64,000 nt of DNA from Alphaproteobacteria bacterium (GTDB lineage: Bacteria > Pseudomonadota > Alphaproteobacteria > Bin95), in contig OZ219785.1 of NCBI GenBank assembly GCA_964291285.2, positions 768,001-832,000 on the forward strand, read 5' to 3'. Position 1 is the first letter of the stretch, and every line of letters starts with the position of its first letter. Below the pieces are notes generated by a model. That model was not told the DNA's origin. It made no database searches and was given only the letters and a program-made list of their open reading frames with translations. Positions 9,909 through 20,129 of this stretch are shown here, piece after piece. Made by a program: the position numbers and the translations under genes.

Positions 9909-10054
9909 GTCCTCCGATCATACCGGCAACGGTTCGGAATGGAGTTCCGGCGGCCCCGGACCCCCCTTCCGGGGAGCGCCGCCCTCCGGCCCGTTCCCCC
10001 TCGCCCGGCCCCTGCCGGCCTTCGGCTCCGGGCGCTGCGGCCCGCGGTGCGGCG

Positions 10055-12082
10055 ATGATCCGCGGCATCGGCGGCAGCACGCTGAGGGGCGGCCAGACCG
10101 TCTTCCACGGCATCCGCATGTGGGGCCAGCTGTTCCGGGCCGCCATGCTGTTCGCGGCCTTCACCACCGTCGCCGTGCCGGCCTGGACGCTGTGGCAGCG
10201 CAGCACCGGCGCGGAGTGGTACGCCGCCGGCATGGTGACGCTGGCCGAGGTCAAGCTGGTCCTCGGCTACGACCCGGAGTCCGGCCAGGAAATCCGCTTC
10301 GCCGACGGCACGCGCCGCGTGCTCGCGATCCGCGACATCGCCGCCTCCGTTCCGGCCCGCAAGGCGCGCGAGCGCATCAGGGACGAGCTGTTCGCCAGCG
10401 CCGGTCACGGCGCGGCGTCCGGGGCCGGGCTGATCGTCCTTTTCCTGATCGCGTTCTGGTGGCGCGGCGCCCAACTCGGCCGCCAGAAGCGCATCCGGGG
10501 CGCCGAGATGGTCACCGCCGCCGAACTGCGCCGCCGGGTCCGGCTGGCGCATCACCGCGCGCGGCTGCCCGGCGGCAGGCGGCCCTACAGCATCGCCGGC
10601 ATCCCGTATCCGGAGCGCGCCGAGACCCAGCACACCATCGTCTCGGGCACCACCGGCTCCGGCAAGACCGTGCTGATCTCCGATCTCGTCTCCCAGATCC
10701 GCGCCCGCGGCGAGCGCTGCGTGATCTACGACAAGATGGGCTCCTACACCCGCGCGTTCCTCGACCCCGACCGCGACGTGCTGATGAACCCGCTGGACGC
10801 CCGCGCGCCGCGCTGGTCGCCGTTCCTGGAAGCGCGCCACCCGCGCGACTTCGACATGATGGCCGCCGCCCTGATCCCCCAGCAGAAGGACACGGTCGAC
10901 CCGTTCTGGGTCACCGCCGCGCGTCAGCTCTTCTCCAACGGCGCCGGCGTGCTGCGCGGCAGGGGCGAGACCCGCAACCGGGTCCTGGTCGACCATCTGC
11001 TCAAGACCGACCTCACCGCGCTCGCCGAGGCCATGGAGGGCACGGTGGCGCAGTCGATCGTCGATCCCGAGAACCCGAAGACGGCGCTCTCGGTGCGCGC
11101 CATGCTCACCGCCAATCTCGCCGCCTTCGAGTTCCTGCCCGACGAGGGCAGGCCGTTCTCGATCCGCGAGTGGATATCCCGGGAGAAGGAGGACGGGTTC
11201 CTGTTCCTGACCTCGCGCGGCGACCAGCACGCCAGCCTGCGGGGGCTGATCTCGACATGGCTGGAGATCGCGGTCAACGCGATGCTGTCGCTCGCCCAGG
11301 ATGACGGGCGGCGCATCTGGGTGATCCTCGACGAGCTGCCGACGCTCCACCAGGTGCCGTCCCTCCAGCCGGGCCTCGCCGAAAGCCGACAGTTCGGCGG
11401 CTGTTTCGTGCTCGGCGTCCAGGTCGCCTCGGCGCTCCGCGACCTCTACGGGCGCAACGGCGCGGAGACCGTCTCCGGCCTCTGCGGCACGCGCGTCGTG
11501 CTCGCCGCGCCGGACCGGGACACCGCGCAATGGTCGGCCGACAGCCTCGGGCGCAGCGAGGTCGAGGAAGTCGCCGAGGGCGTCTCCTACGGCGCCAGCG
11601 CCATTCGCGACGGGGTGAGCCTCACGCCGCGCCGCGAGCTGCGCGCCCTGGCGCTGCCCTCGGAGATCATGCGGCTCGAGAACCTCGCGGGCTATCTCAA
11701 GTTCCCCGGCCCGTTCCCGGTCGCCGCCATCCGCCTGAAATACACCGCCCGGCCGAAGGCGGCCGAGCGGTTCGTGCCGCGCGAGGGGGACGGGACGGAA
11801 GCTGCGGCCGAGGCGTCCACCGCGGCATGCCTCGGGAAGGAAGAAGTGACGGTCCCTGATCCGTCGGCCCGGATGGACGCGGGCGTGCCGTCGCCGGAAG
11901 ACACGTCCCACCCCTGGCCGACTCAGCGCGAACTGGAGCTGGCGCCGCTTCCGGGAGAAGCGGAGGAAACGCCGACGGCCGCGGCGCATGACAGGCCGGA
12001 ACCGCAATCCCCTCCGGACGAGGCCCATTCGACGCAGGACGCCGCGGGCCCGGACGCAGGCCGCGCCTCCGACTGGGCCTGA
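10055..12082 (+). CDS. traD: Type IV coupling protein TraD
   Basis: Two TM segments, Walker A GTTGSGKT, IYDKMG, NPLDAR, Walker B WVILDELPTL. Confidence 0.93.
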   Translation: MIRGIGGSTLRGGQTVFHGIRMWGQLFRAAMLFAAFTTVAVPAWTLWQRSTGAEWYAAGMVTLAEVKLVLGYDPESGQEIRFADGTRRVLAIRDIAASVPARKARERIRDELFASAGHGAASGAGLIVLFLIAFWWRGAQLGRQKRIRGAEMVTAAELRRRVRLAHHRARLPGGRRPYSIAGIPYPERAETQHTIVSGTTGSGKTVLISDLVSQIRARGERCVIYDKMGSYTRAFLDPDRDVLMNPLDARAPRWSPFLEARHPRDFDMMAAALIPQQKDTVDPFWVTAARQLFSNGAGVLRGRGETRNRVLVDHLLKTDLTALAEAMEGTVAQSIVDPENPKTALSVRAMLTANLAAFEFLPDEGRPFSIREWISREKEDGFLFLTSRGDQHASLRGLISTWLEIAVNAMLSLAQDDGRRIWVILDELPTLHQVPSLQPGLAESRQFGGCFVLGVQVASALRDLYGRNGAETVSGLCGTRVVLAAPDRDTAQWSADSLGRSEVEEVAEGVSYGASAIRDGVSLTPRRELRALALPSEIMRLENLAGYLKFPGPFPVAAIRLKYTARPKAAERFVPREGDGTEAAAEASTAACLGKEEVTVPDPSARMDAGVPSPEDTSHPWPTQRELELAPLPGEAEETPTAAAHDRPEPQSPPDEAHSTQDAAGPDAGRASDWA

Positions 12083-12083
12083 C

Positions 12084-15000
12084 ATGCTCTCGATCGGCGC
12101 ACTCTCCTCGGCCGCCCAGGGCGCGTCCTATTACGAGCGCGACGGCTATTACGCGAAGGACGATCCCGAACACCGCGACGCAAGCGTCTGGGCGGGCAAG
12201 GGCGCCGAAGAGCTCGGACTGAAGGGGCCGGTCGACCCGGACACGTTCAGGGCGGTGCTCGAAGGCAAGGTGCCGGACGGCTCCGGGACCGCGCTGGGCC
12301 GGCGCGGCAAGGACGGGGAAGTCCTCCACCGCCCCGGCCGCGACCTCACCCTGTCGGCCCCGAAGTCGGTCTCGATCGCCGCGCTCGTCGGCGGCGATGC
12401 GCGCATCGTGGACGCCCACGACCGCGCCGTGGCGGCGACGCTCGCCTGGGTCGAGAGGAACGCCGCCGAGACCCGCATGAAGGACCCGGAAACCGGGAAG
12501 ATGGCGCGGGTGGGCAATCAGAAGATCGTGGCCGCCGCCTTCCGCCACGACACCTCGCGCAATCTCGACCCGCAGCTCCATACCCACACCGTTCTCGCCA
12601 ACATGGTCCGGGGGCAGGACGGCAAGTGGCGCAGCATGTCCAACGAGGGCCTGTACGCGAACCAGAAGCTGATCGGCATGCTCTACAGGAGCGAACTCGC
12701 CGCGGGTCTCGGGAAGCTCGGCTACGATATCGAGAAGACCCATGCCGACGGGCGCTTCGAGATCGCGGGCGTCTCCCGGGAAGCGATCGAGGCGTTCTCG
12801 AGCCGCCGCGCCGAGATCGAGGCGGCGATGGAAGAGCGCGGACTCGGCGTTTCGGCGGACAATCCGCGCATCGCCGAACGCGCCGCACTGATGACCCGGG
12901 CCGCCAAGCGCGACATCGACCGCGACGAACTCCGGAGCGTCTGGCAGCGCCAGGCCGCCGACCTCGGCCTCGACGCCGGCGCGCTGGTGGCCGGGGCCCT
13001 GGAACGATCCGGCCCGGCGCAACGGGAAGCGGCGGTCGAACCGACCGGCGGATCGGGCAGGACGCCGGACATCGGCGATGCCCGCCTGGAAGGTGCGCCG
13101 GCCGGGGAGCGTGCCCCGTGGCGCGAAGCCGCCGCCGACATGGAACCGTCGTCTGCCGCCGCGGAGGCGGTGGCCTGGGCGATGGCGCACCTCTCGGAGC
13201 GCGAGGCGGTGTTCTCGCGCACCGGCCTGCTGGCCGCCGCGCTCGCCCATGCGCCGGGGGCGGTGACGATCGGAGAGGTGGAGCGGGAGGTGGCGGCGCT
13301 GGAGAAGGCGGGAATGCTGCACGCCGTCGATCTGCCCGGCGCGGAGGCCTCGCTCACGACGGAGAGGACCGTCGGCGAGGAGCGCGAGACGGTGGCGCTG
13401 ATGCGCGGCGGCCAGGCGCGCGGCCGGGCTCTCATGCGCGGCTGGCAGGTGCAGGGGCATCTCAACAAGGGGCCGCTCACCGCCGGGCAGAAGGACGCGG
13501 TGAAGCTGATCCTGTCGGCGAAGGACCGGGTGGTCGGCGTGCAGGGCTACGCCGGGACGGGCAAGACCGCCATGCTGAACCGGGCTCGCGCGCTGGCGGA
13601 GAAGAAGGGCTGGCGCATGGCGGGCCTCGCGCCTTCGGCTTCGGCTGCGCAAACGCTGGCCGCGGAGGCCGGCATCGCCACCGAAACCCTCCAGATGTTC
13701 CTCGCCCGCAATGCCGGCGTCGCCGAGGGCAGGCTCACGGGGAAGGGCGCCCGGGAAATGCGCGCCGCTTTCGCAAAGACGCTCCTGGTGGTCGACGAGG
13801 GCTCGCTGGCGTCCACCGTGCAGGCGCGCGACCTGCTGCGCATCGTCGCCGGGCTGCGCATGCCCCGCGTGGTGCTGGTCGGCGACGCCAGGCAACTCGA
13901 CGCGGTGGACGCCGGCAAGCCCTTCGCCCAGCTCCAGGCGGCCGGAATGCAGACCGCGACCATGGACGAGATCATGCGCCAGCGCGATCCCGTGCTGAAG
14001 GAGGCGGTCGTTGCCAGCCTCAAGGGAGATATCGAGCGCGCATTCGAGAAGCTCGGCGGCAACATCGCGGAGGTGAAGCCGGACAACATCGCCGGTGCCG
14101 TCGCCGCCCGCTGGCTCCGGCTCGACGCGGAGGCGCGGGAGAACACCGGCGTCATGGCGCCCTCCCATGAGCTCCGCCACGCGATCAACGGCCATATCCG
14201 CGAGCGCCTCGCCCGCGAGGGCCGCATCCACGGACCGGCAATGGAGTCGGAACGCCTGGTCTCGATGGGCTACACCAACGCCGAGAAGGCGCTCGCGGGC
14301 AACTACGGGGCCGGCGACGTGGTGGCCTTCCACCGGCCCTACAGGCGCCTCGGCGTCGGGAAGGGCGACGAGCGCCGCGTCACGGGCGTCGATTACAGGG
14401 CCGGCGCGGTGATGCTGGACGACGGCCGGGGTGGACAGGTCGCCTGGAAGCCGGAGCAAATCGGCGGGCGCCGGGGCGGCAGCGAGGTCTACCGGGCCGA
14501 GGAGATCGAGCTCCGCGCCGGCGACCGCATCCGCTGGACACGCAACGACGCCGGCCTCGGCCTCGTCAACAGCCGCACGGCAGACGTGCTCAAGGTCGCG
14601 AACGGGCGCGTGACCTTCCGCCTGGAGGACGGCAAGACCCTCGAACTCGGCAGGAACGACCCGCAGCTTCGCCATCTCGACCATGCCTGGGCCTCCACCG
14701 TGCACGCCTTCCAGGGCCGCACGGTGGACAACGTCATCGCCGCGATGGAGGCGAGGCACCCCCATCTCACCACGCAGAAGAGCTTCTATGTCGAGATCAG
14801 CCGCGCCCGCGACCGGGCCGAACTGGTCACCGACGACGCGGCTGACCTGAAGGCCCGGCTCGAATCCGTCACCGGCGAGCGCATCGCCGCCCTCGAAGGC
14901 ATCGGCAAGATGAAGCGCGAGGCGCCGGACAGGGCGGCCGAGGCCGCGCGGAACCGCTCGATGCGGCCGGAGCCGGAAACCGGCGAGGGCGCCGGGAAGG

Positions 15001-15086
15001 CGGGCGAGGGCATGAAGACGCCGGCAAGGACACCGGAGACGCCGGTGCGCGGCCGCGGCAAGGGGGACATGGACCTTGGATTGTGA
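12084..15086 (+). CDS. traI: MobF (TrwC/TraI) relaxase-helicase
   Basis: YYERDGYY, DLTLSAPKSVS, HDTSRNLDPQLHTH, helicase GYAGTGKT, VDEGS, GDARQL, HAFQGRT. Confidence 0.95.
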   Translation: MLSIGALSSAAQGASYYERDGYYAKDDPEHRDASVWAGKGAEELGLKGPVDPDTFRAVLEGKVPDGSGTALGRRGKDGEVLHRPGRDLTLSAPKSVSIAALVGGDARIVDAHDRAVAATLAWVERNAAETRMKDPETGKMARVGNQKIVAAAFRHDTSRNLDPQLHTHTVLANMVRGQDGKWRSMSNEGLYANQKLIGMLYRSELAAGLGKLGYDIEKTHADGRFEIAGVSREAIEAFSSRRAEIEAAMEERGLGVSADNPRIAERAALMTRAAKRDIDRDELRSVWQRQAADLGLDAGALVAGALERSGPAQREAAVEPTGGSGRTPDIGDARLEGAPAGERAPWREAAADMEPSSAAAEAVAWAMAHLSEREAVFSRTGLLAAALAHAPGAVTIGEVEREVAALEKAGMLHAVDLPGAEASLTTERTVGEERETVALMRGGQARGRALMRGWQVQGHLNKGPLTAGQKDAVKLILSAKDRVVGVQGYAGTGKTAMLNRARALAEKKGWRMAGLAPSASAAQTLAAEAGIATETLQMFLARNAGVAEGRLTGKGAREMRAAFAKTLLVVDEGSLASTVQARDLLRIVAGLRMPRVVLVGDARQLDAVDAGKPFAQLQAAGMQTATMDEIMRQRDPVLKEAVVASLKGDIERAFEKLGGNIAEVKPDNIAGAVAARWLRLDAEARENTGVMAPSHELRHAINGHIRERLAREGRIHGPAMESERLVSMGYTNAEKALAGNYGAGDVVAFHRPYRRLGVGKGDERRVTGVDYRAGAVMLDDGRGGQVAWKPEQIGGRRGGSEVYRAEEIELRAGDRIRWTRNDAGLGLVNSRTADVLKVANGRVTFRLEDGKTLELGRNDPQLRHLDHAWASTVHAFQGRTVDNVIAAMEARHPHLTTQKSFYVEISRARDRAELVTDDAADLKARLESVTGERIAALEGIGKMKREAPDRAAEAARNRSMRPEPETGEGAGKAGEGMKTPARTPETPVRGRGKGDMDLGL

Positions 15087-15474
15087 GGGAAACGGCACGC
15101 GAAAGGACGCGCCGGAAAGCAAAGTGAAAGCAGACCGCCCGGAGGATGCGCGAAGGAACAGGACCATCCGCTTCTCTGATTCCGAGTGGGAGGAGGTCCG
15201 GCGTGCCGCCCTGCTGCACGAAACGCCGCCCGCCGAGTTCGTCCGCGAGACGATCCTGGCGCTCGCGCGGAACCCCGAAAGCGCGGTATCGGACGCTGTT
15301 GCACCGTCGCTGGTGCCGCTGATCGAGCGGGTGTTCCGCTACACATGGTTCCTGGCGACCGAAAAACGCGACGCGATGGTCCGCGAGGGGCGCAAGAACG
15401 AAGTCGACGCCCTGGTCGCCGAGGGCCGCGCCCTGCATGACAAGCTGCGGCGGGGGCTTCCTGACCGGAACTGA
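15076..15474 (+). CDS. Putative ribbon-helix-helix relaxosome accessory protein
   Basis: RTIRFSDSEWEEVRRAA...AEFVR pattern; overlaps end of relaxase; start uncertain. Confidence 0.55.
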   Translation: MDCEGNGTRKDAPESKVKADRPEDARRNRTIRFSDSEWEEVRRAALLHETPPAEFVRETILALARNPESAVSDAVAPSLVPLIERVFRYTWFLATEKRDAMVREGRKNEVDALVAEGRALHDKLRRGLPDRN

Positions 15475-15606
15475 TACCAGCGGCGACAGATAAGAACCGA
15501 TAAGCCTCTTTCGGCGGAGGTTACCCCCTGCGGTATGAGGCCCCGGCTCAGGAGTCGGGCTACGGAGGGAGGCTCTTCTATAGGTTCCGATCAACGACCG
15601 GTGGTA
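15475..15606. mobile_element. 132-bp MITE-like element, copy 1
   Basis: TACCA...TGGTA ends with about 27-bp imperfect TIR; TGA on both flanks; homologous inverted copy at 48263-48394. Confidence 0.75.
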
Positions 15607-15973
15607 TGACCAGCGCGTTATGGCATGCAACGCACCGCTCCAGCCAACTGGATTTCTATCCGATCCGGTAAACTCCCGTACGGATTTCGGCGGGTCCGTC
15701 AGCTCACCCATCATCGCCGAAATAGTCCTGAGGCATGAAGTATCTCACCCGGGGACGGAACCCCGACCGCCTGCGGCTCGGGACCATGCGATTTCGGGCT
15801 CTCAGCCCCGTGAGCGCTGCCTCTTGACAGAACCGCGACAAATACTGATCTTCTGTTGGGAAGCGCAGAATCCTCTTGTTCTTCTTCTTCGTCTGAAGCT
15901 TGCCTTCAGGCGGACGCGGGTCGTGCGCTCGTCTCTGGCCCCCAAGCTGATAAACGGTACAGAACAACGCATA

Positions 15974-16376
15974 ATGCCACCCCTACCGTCCGCCAATGTT
16001 CCAGCCGATCTCGGCTCCCTGGACATGGAAAGTCTTGCGCAACAGAGGGATGTTGCCCTGACCGAAATCAAGGCCTACGAGGTCAAGTTCATTCTGAACA
16101 CCGGCGCCATCCTCGCATTGCAGCCGTCTGAGAACCCCCTCCACTGGGACTCCATCAGGTTCGACAAGAGGGAGATTCACCGCGTTCCCAATAATCAGCG
16201 AGGATTATACGCCTTTATTATTGCCGACCAGCGCAAGTTCTTGCCGCCGCACGGTTACATCATGTATATCGGTATTGCTGGCCGCCGCTCCCACCGATCT
16301 CTGCGGGCCCGATACCAAGATTACTTCAAGCAGAGTGAGGTCGAACGCCGACCGGTTCTAGGAACGATGATTGCTA
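15974..16376 (+). pseudogene. GIY-YIG nuclease truncated by IS5-family insertion
   Basis: GLYAF...MYIGIAG...SLRARY motif; lower GC; breaks at CTAG 16374-16377. Confidence 0.65.
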
Positions 16377-17154
16377 GGCCCTGTGGACGTATTGACTCAG
16401 GAGCGTGTTCAGGGATTCCCGTGCGAGGATTTGTCTGAATCATGAGGCGTCGGCGATTCGGGGGTTTCGTTGATGTCGACGAAGATGACGAATGGAGACT
16501 GGGAGGTTGCGCTGGAGGTTTTCCGGCTTTGCCTTCCGAGGCGGGGTGCGAAGGCGAAGGACGACCGTCTGTTTCTGGAGGCGCTGCACTTCTTTGCGGT
16601 TCACAACATCACCTGGCGGGCGCTGCCGGAGCGGTTCGGGCACTGGAATACGGTATGGCGGCGTTTTCACCGTCTGAGCCGTTCAGGGGTGTTCGAGGAC
16701 TTTTTCGCCACGCTGGCGGATTTGAGCAGCACGGCGCACCTGGTTCAGATGTTCGATTCGACCGTGACCCGCGCGCATGTATCGGCGGCCGGCGCAAAAG
16801 GGGGCAGCAGGGTCAGGCGCTTGGACGCTCGCGGGGCGGTTTCAGCACCAAAATCCACCTGAAGACCGATTTCGACGGCCTGCCGATCGCCTTCGACCTG
16901 ACCGGCGGCGAGGCAGCCGACAGTCCGCATTTCGAGACCCTGATGGACATCGGCCCCGATGTCCGGCCCCGCGCCATCGTCGCCGACAAGGGCTATGACA
17001 GCGCCGGAAACCGCCAACTCGCCCGGAAAAGAGGCGCCCTGACCGTCATTCCCTACCGGAAGAACATCAAAAACAGGCCAAAGCGCTTCGCAAGCGCGCT
17101 CTACAGAGGACGGGCGCGCATCGAACAGGCCGTCGGCAAGCTCAAACGTTTCAG
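16377..17154 (+). mobile_element. IS5-family element (orfA/orfB with frameshift), 3' truncated
   Basis: End GGCCCTGTGGAC; WRALPERFGHWNTV; AAAAGGGGG slip site; GRSRGGFSTKIH, ADKGYD, RARIEQ. Confidence 0.85.
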
Positions 17155-17326
17155 TATTCCACCGTACGCCTGTCTGTTCGTGGCAACTGATGTCAAAGGA
17201 AATCGTTGTATATCAATGAAGTATTGGTTTTCCCGGTGGACAAGGCGCGCCAGGACTACGCCCCGGTTGACTTTCATGTGTTGACCTGCATGGTGATATT
17301 CAGGGCTGTTTCGAAGGAATATCACT

Positions 17327-18595
17327 ATGTCAACACAGACCGGCAAGCGCACTGCAAACCTCAAGCTCACCCTCAACAAGCGAAACGTCGAAGCCCTCAA
17401 GCCCCGGCACAAACCCTTCATCGCATGGGACGACCGCCTCACCGGATTCGGTATCCGCGTCCAGCCCTCGGGCATGCGCTCCTACATCGTCAACTACCGC
17501 GCCGGCGACGGCGGGCGCAAGGCCGCCAACCGGCGCCTCGTCCTCGGCCGCCACGGCCGCATCACCCCCGAACAGGCCAGGCGCCTCGCCCGGGAGACGC
17601 TGGGCCGCGTCGCCGCCGGCGAGGACCCCGCCGCCGGGCGCACCCGCGCCCGCGCCATGCCGACGGTGCGGGACGCCTTCGAGGACTATCTCGCCGCCGG
17701 GCCGGCGCGCAAGGACAGTACCGTTGCGGTATACCGCAGCACCGTCCACAAGGACCTCGGTGACTGGCTCGACCGCCCTCTCGACACCATCGGGCGCCGC
17801 GATGTCGAGCAGCGCTTCCGGCGCCTGAGCGAGAATGCCGGGTGGGTGCAGGCCAACAATGCGATGAAGATGCTGCGCGCCCTCTACCGCCGCCAGTGCC
17901 TCGACCATGAGGGGCTGCACAATCCGGTGGACCAGTGGCGCGTCGCGGGCGGGCGGCCCCATCGCCCGAAACGGCGCATCATCCAGCCGCCGGCCGAGGT
18001 GCTGCCGCGCTGGCACCGCGGCATCGAGGCGGCGGTGCGTAACCCGGTCGCCCGCGACGCCTTGCACTTCGGCCTCTATACCGGCATGCGCCGGGCCGAA
18101 GTATTCGGCCTCGCATGGGCGCGGGTGGACAGGGCGGCGATGGTGTTCCGGGTCGAGGACACCAAGACCGGCGCGCCGTTGGCGCTTCCCGTCACCCGGC
18201 AGCTCGCGGCCATTCTCGAACGCCGCCTGGCCGAACGCGACCGTGTCCCCGAGGCGAACCGGGGCTGGGTGTTCCCGTCCGAAACCAGCAGGTCCGGGCG
18301 TCTCACCGGCATGCAGCACATGAATGCGCGCATCGGCGAGGCGGGCGGCGCGAAATTCTGGTTCCATGCCCTGCGCAACTGCTTCATCACCGTCGCCGAC
18401 CGCGACCTGATGTTGCCGGCCAGCCTGACCAAGCGGCTGGTCAACCACGCCCGGCCCCGGGACGTGACCGAGGGCTATGCCGCCGACTGGACCATGGAGC
18501 AACTCCGCGACGCCGCCCAGCGCATCTCTGACAGGATCGACGCATTGATCCGCGAAGGCATTCCCGCGCCACCGGCCTTGCCGCCGACAGCATGA
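17327..18595 (+). CDS. P4-like tyrosine integrase with arm-binding domain
   Basis: WDDRLTGFGIRV N-terminus; TGMRR, DTKTG, FHALR, LVNH, VTEGY catalytic set. Confidence 0.9.
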   Translation: MSTQTGKRTANLKLTLNKRNVEALKPRHKPFIAWDDRLTGFGIRVQPSGMRSYIVNYRAGDGGRKAANRRLVLGRHGRITPEQARRLARETLGRVAAGEDPAAGRTRARAMPTVRDAFEDYLAAGPARKDSTVAVYRSTVHKDLGDWLDRPLDTIGRRDVEQRFRRLSENAGWVQANNAMKMLRALYRRQCLDHEGLHNPVDQWRVAGGRPHRPKRRIIQPPAEVLPRWHRGIEAAVRNPVARDALHFGLYTGMRRAEVFGLAWARVDRAAMVFRVEDTKTGAPLALPVTRQLAAILERRLAERDRVPEANRGWVFPSETSRSGRLTGMQHMNARIGEAGGAKFWFHALRNCFITVADRDLMLPASLTKRLVNHARPRDVTEGYAADWTMEQLRDAAQRISDRIDALIREGIPAPPALPPTA

Positions 18596-18598
18596 CGC

Positions 18599-18925
18599 GT
18601 GGACCTTTCCCGGGCCCTCGACATGGGTGCGGGTGGTGATGCGCTTGCCGTGCTTCTCGATGGTGGCCTCTTGCAGGAGGTCGAGGTCGCGGATCAGGTC
18701 GTGCCATTCGATGCTGACGCCGGCGGCGGCGCATCGGTCGGCCAGTTCCTTCTGGAGGACCAGCGCGAGGAAGGAGCAGAAGACGTGGCCGCGGATCGCG
18801 GCGTCGCAGGAGTGGTAGATCGGTCGGGTGCGCAACTGGGCCTTCGCCCGGCGGAACAGGTCTTCCACCGTGAGCAGCTCCCGGTAGCGGAGCACGGCGT
18901 TGAGCGGCGTCATGCCGGCGTTGGT
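18599..18925 (-). pseudogene. IS1634-family transposase C-terminal fragment
   Basis: YRELLTVEDLFRRAK..LRTRPIYH...IRGHVFCSFLAL. Confidence 0.75.
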
Positions 18926-18933
18926 GCGCCGGC

Positions 18934-19458
18934 CTATCTGGGGATATACCGGTGCGAGCCTCGCAAGGCGACGATGTAGAGGTCCATCGGGTCGCGGGTG
19001 CGGGAGACCGGGCGGCGGATGGCGTCGTGGCCGTGAGCCTCCCGCTCACCGGCGGCCTTGTCCGGTGCCGGCCAGCACGCCGTCGACCCGGGCGCGCGAG
19101 AGGCGGAACCGGCCCGAAGCTGTCCCCGTAGACAGCGCGTCGCGTCGACCCGGGCGCGCGAGACGCGGAACTCCCGCGCGATCGCCGCCGGCCTGAGGCC
19201 GGCCTCGAAGGCGGCGAGGATCGGCTTTTCCTGCCCCTGCGTCACCGGCCTGGCGCGCGCCCTTCCTCCGGATGTCTTGCCGGCCTGCCGCCCGCGCCTG
19301 CGGGCCTCGGCTGTCGCCGCTTCGACCGGCCGGTCGAGGTCCGCGTCGTCGAGATGGCGGAGCAAACGGTCGAGGCTCCCGCCGCGCTTTCCCGTCCCGC
19401 CACCCGGGCGCGCCGTCCTTCCTGCGCGTTGCCCCGTTTTCGTGGTCCTTCCTGTCAC
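18934..19458 (-). CDS. Degenerate small HTH DNA-binding protein
   Basis: ILAAFEAGLRPAAIAREFRVSRARV HTH-like segment. Confidence 0.4.
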   Translation of the reverse strand: MTGRTTKTGQRAGRTARPGGGTGKRGGSLDRLLRHLDDADLDRPVEAATAEARRRGRQAGKTSGGRARARPVTQGQEKPILAAFEAGLRPAAIAREFRVSRARVDATRCLRGQLRAGSASRAPGSTACWPAPDKAAGEREAHGHDAIRRPVSRTRDPMDLYIVALRGSHRYIPR

Positions 19459-19709
19459 CTACAACCGGTGAGCGCATCGCGTGTGCGCTGGTCGATTGCA
19501 GCCCGAACGTGCCGGTGTGGCCATGGCCAGGGTGCTCTCCAGCTACCGGTCACCCGTGCCGCCGGCCCGCCGCCCGCCGTCGGGAACGCCGCCTCCCCCG
19601 CTCCGCGCCGGCAGGAGGGAAGGTCTGGCCGTGAGCGGGGCGGCGGTCGGCGCTTCGGAGAGCGGGGCGCTGCCGCCGGGTTCCACCACGGCACGATGGA
19701 GACGGCAGC

Positions 19710-20042
19710 ATGACGGCAGCAACGATGGCGATGCCCGGCAATACGGCGAGCACGTTCCTGGTCCACTATTTCGGCGGCGGCCTCGACGGCGACGACCGCT
19801 TCGTGGTCGAGCGGTTCCGCGCCCTGGCCTGCGGCGACATTCGTCCGGTCCGGGACGGCGAGGAGAACGCGAAGGGGCGGCGCAAGGTCAGGCGCACCGT
19901 GGTCTCGCGCAAGGAAGCCGAGGCGATGCGCCCGGAGCGCACCGAGATCATCATCTGCACCGGCCTTCGCACCCGCGGCGGGAAACAGGCCTGGGGTTCG
20001 GTTGCGGCGGGCCTCCTGTGCGACCGCAAGCAGCGCGGCTGA
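19710..20042 (+). CDS. Hypothetical protein
   Basis: 110-aa ORF, GGAG upstream, typical codon pattern, followed by a hairpin. Confidence 0.5.
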   Translation: MTAATMAMPGNTASTFLVHYFGGGLDGDDRFVVERFRALACGDIRPVRDGEENAKGRRKVRRTVVSRKEAEAMRPERTEIIICTGLRTRGGKQAWGSVAAGLLCDRKQRG

Positions 20043-20053
20043 GCGCTTTCCCG

Positions 20054-20097
20054 AGGGATGTCCGGCCGGCCCACCCGGGTCGGCCGGGCGTCCCTCT
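20054..20097 (+). terminator. GC-rich hairpin (terminator-like or leader structure)
   Basis: GAGGGATGTCCGGCCGGCCC / GGGTCGGCCGGGCGTCCCTC stem followed by TTCCGTTTT. Confidence 0.45.
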
Positions 20098-20129
20098 TCC
20101 GTTTTCCCCACGGCAAGGAGAACGCTCCC

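Noticed and set aside
6283-15167. Very long minus-strand ORFs (1165, 726 and 1156 aa)
   Set aside because: Antisense shadows of traG, traD and traI caused by high GC; no motifs
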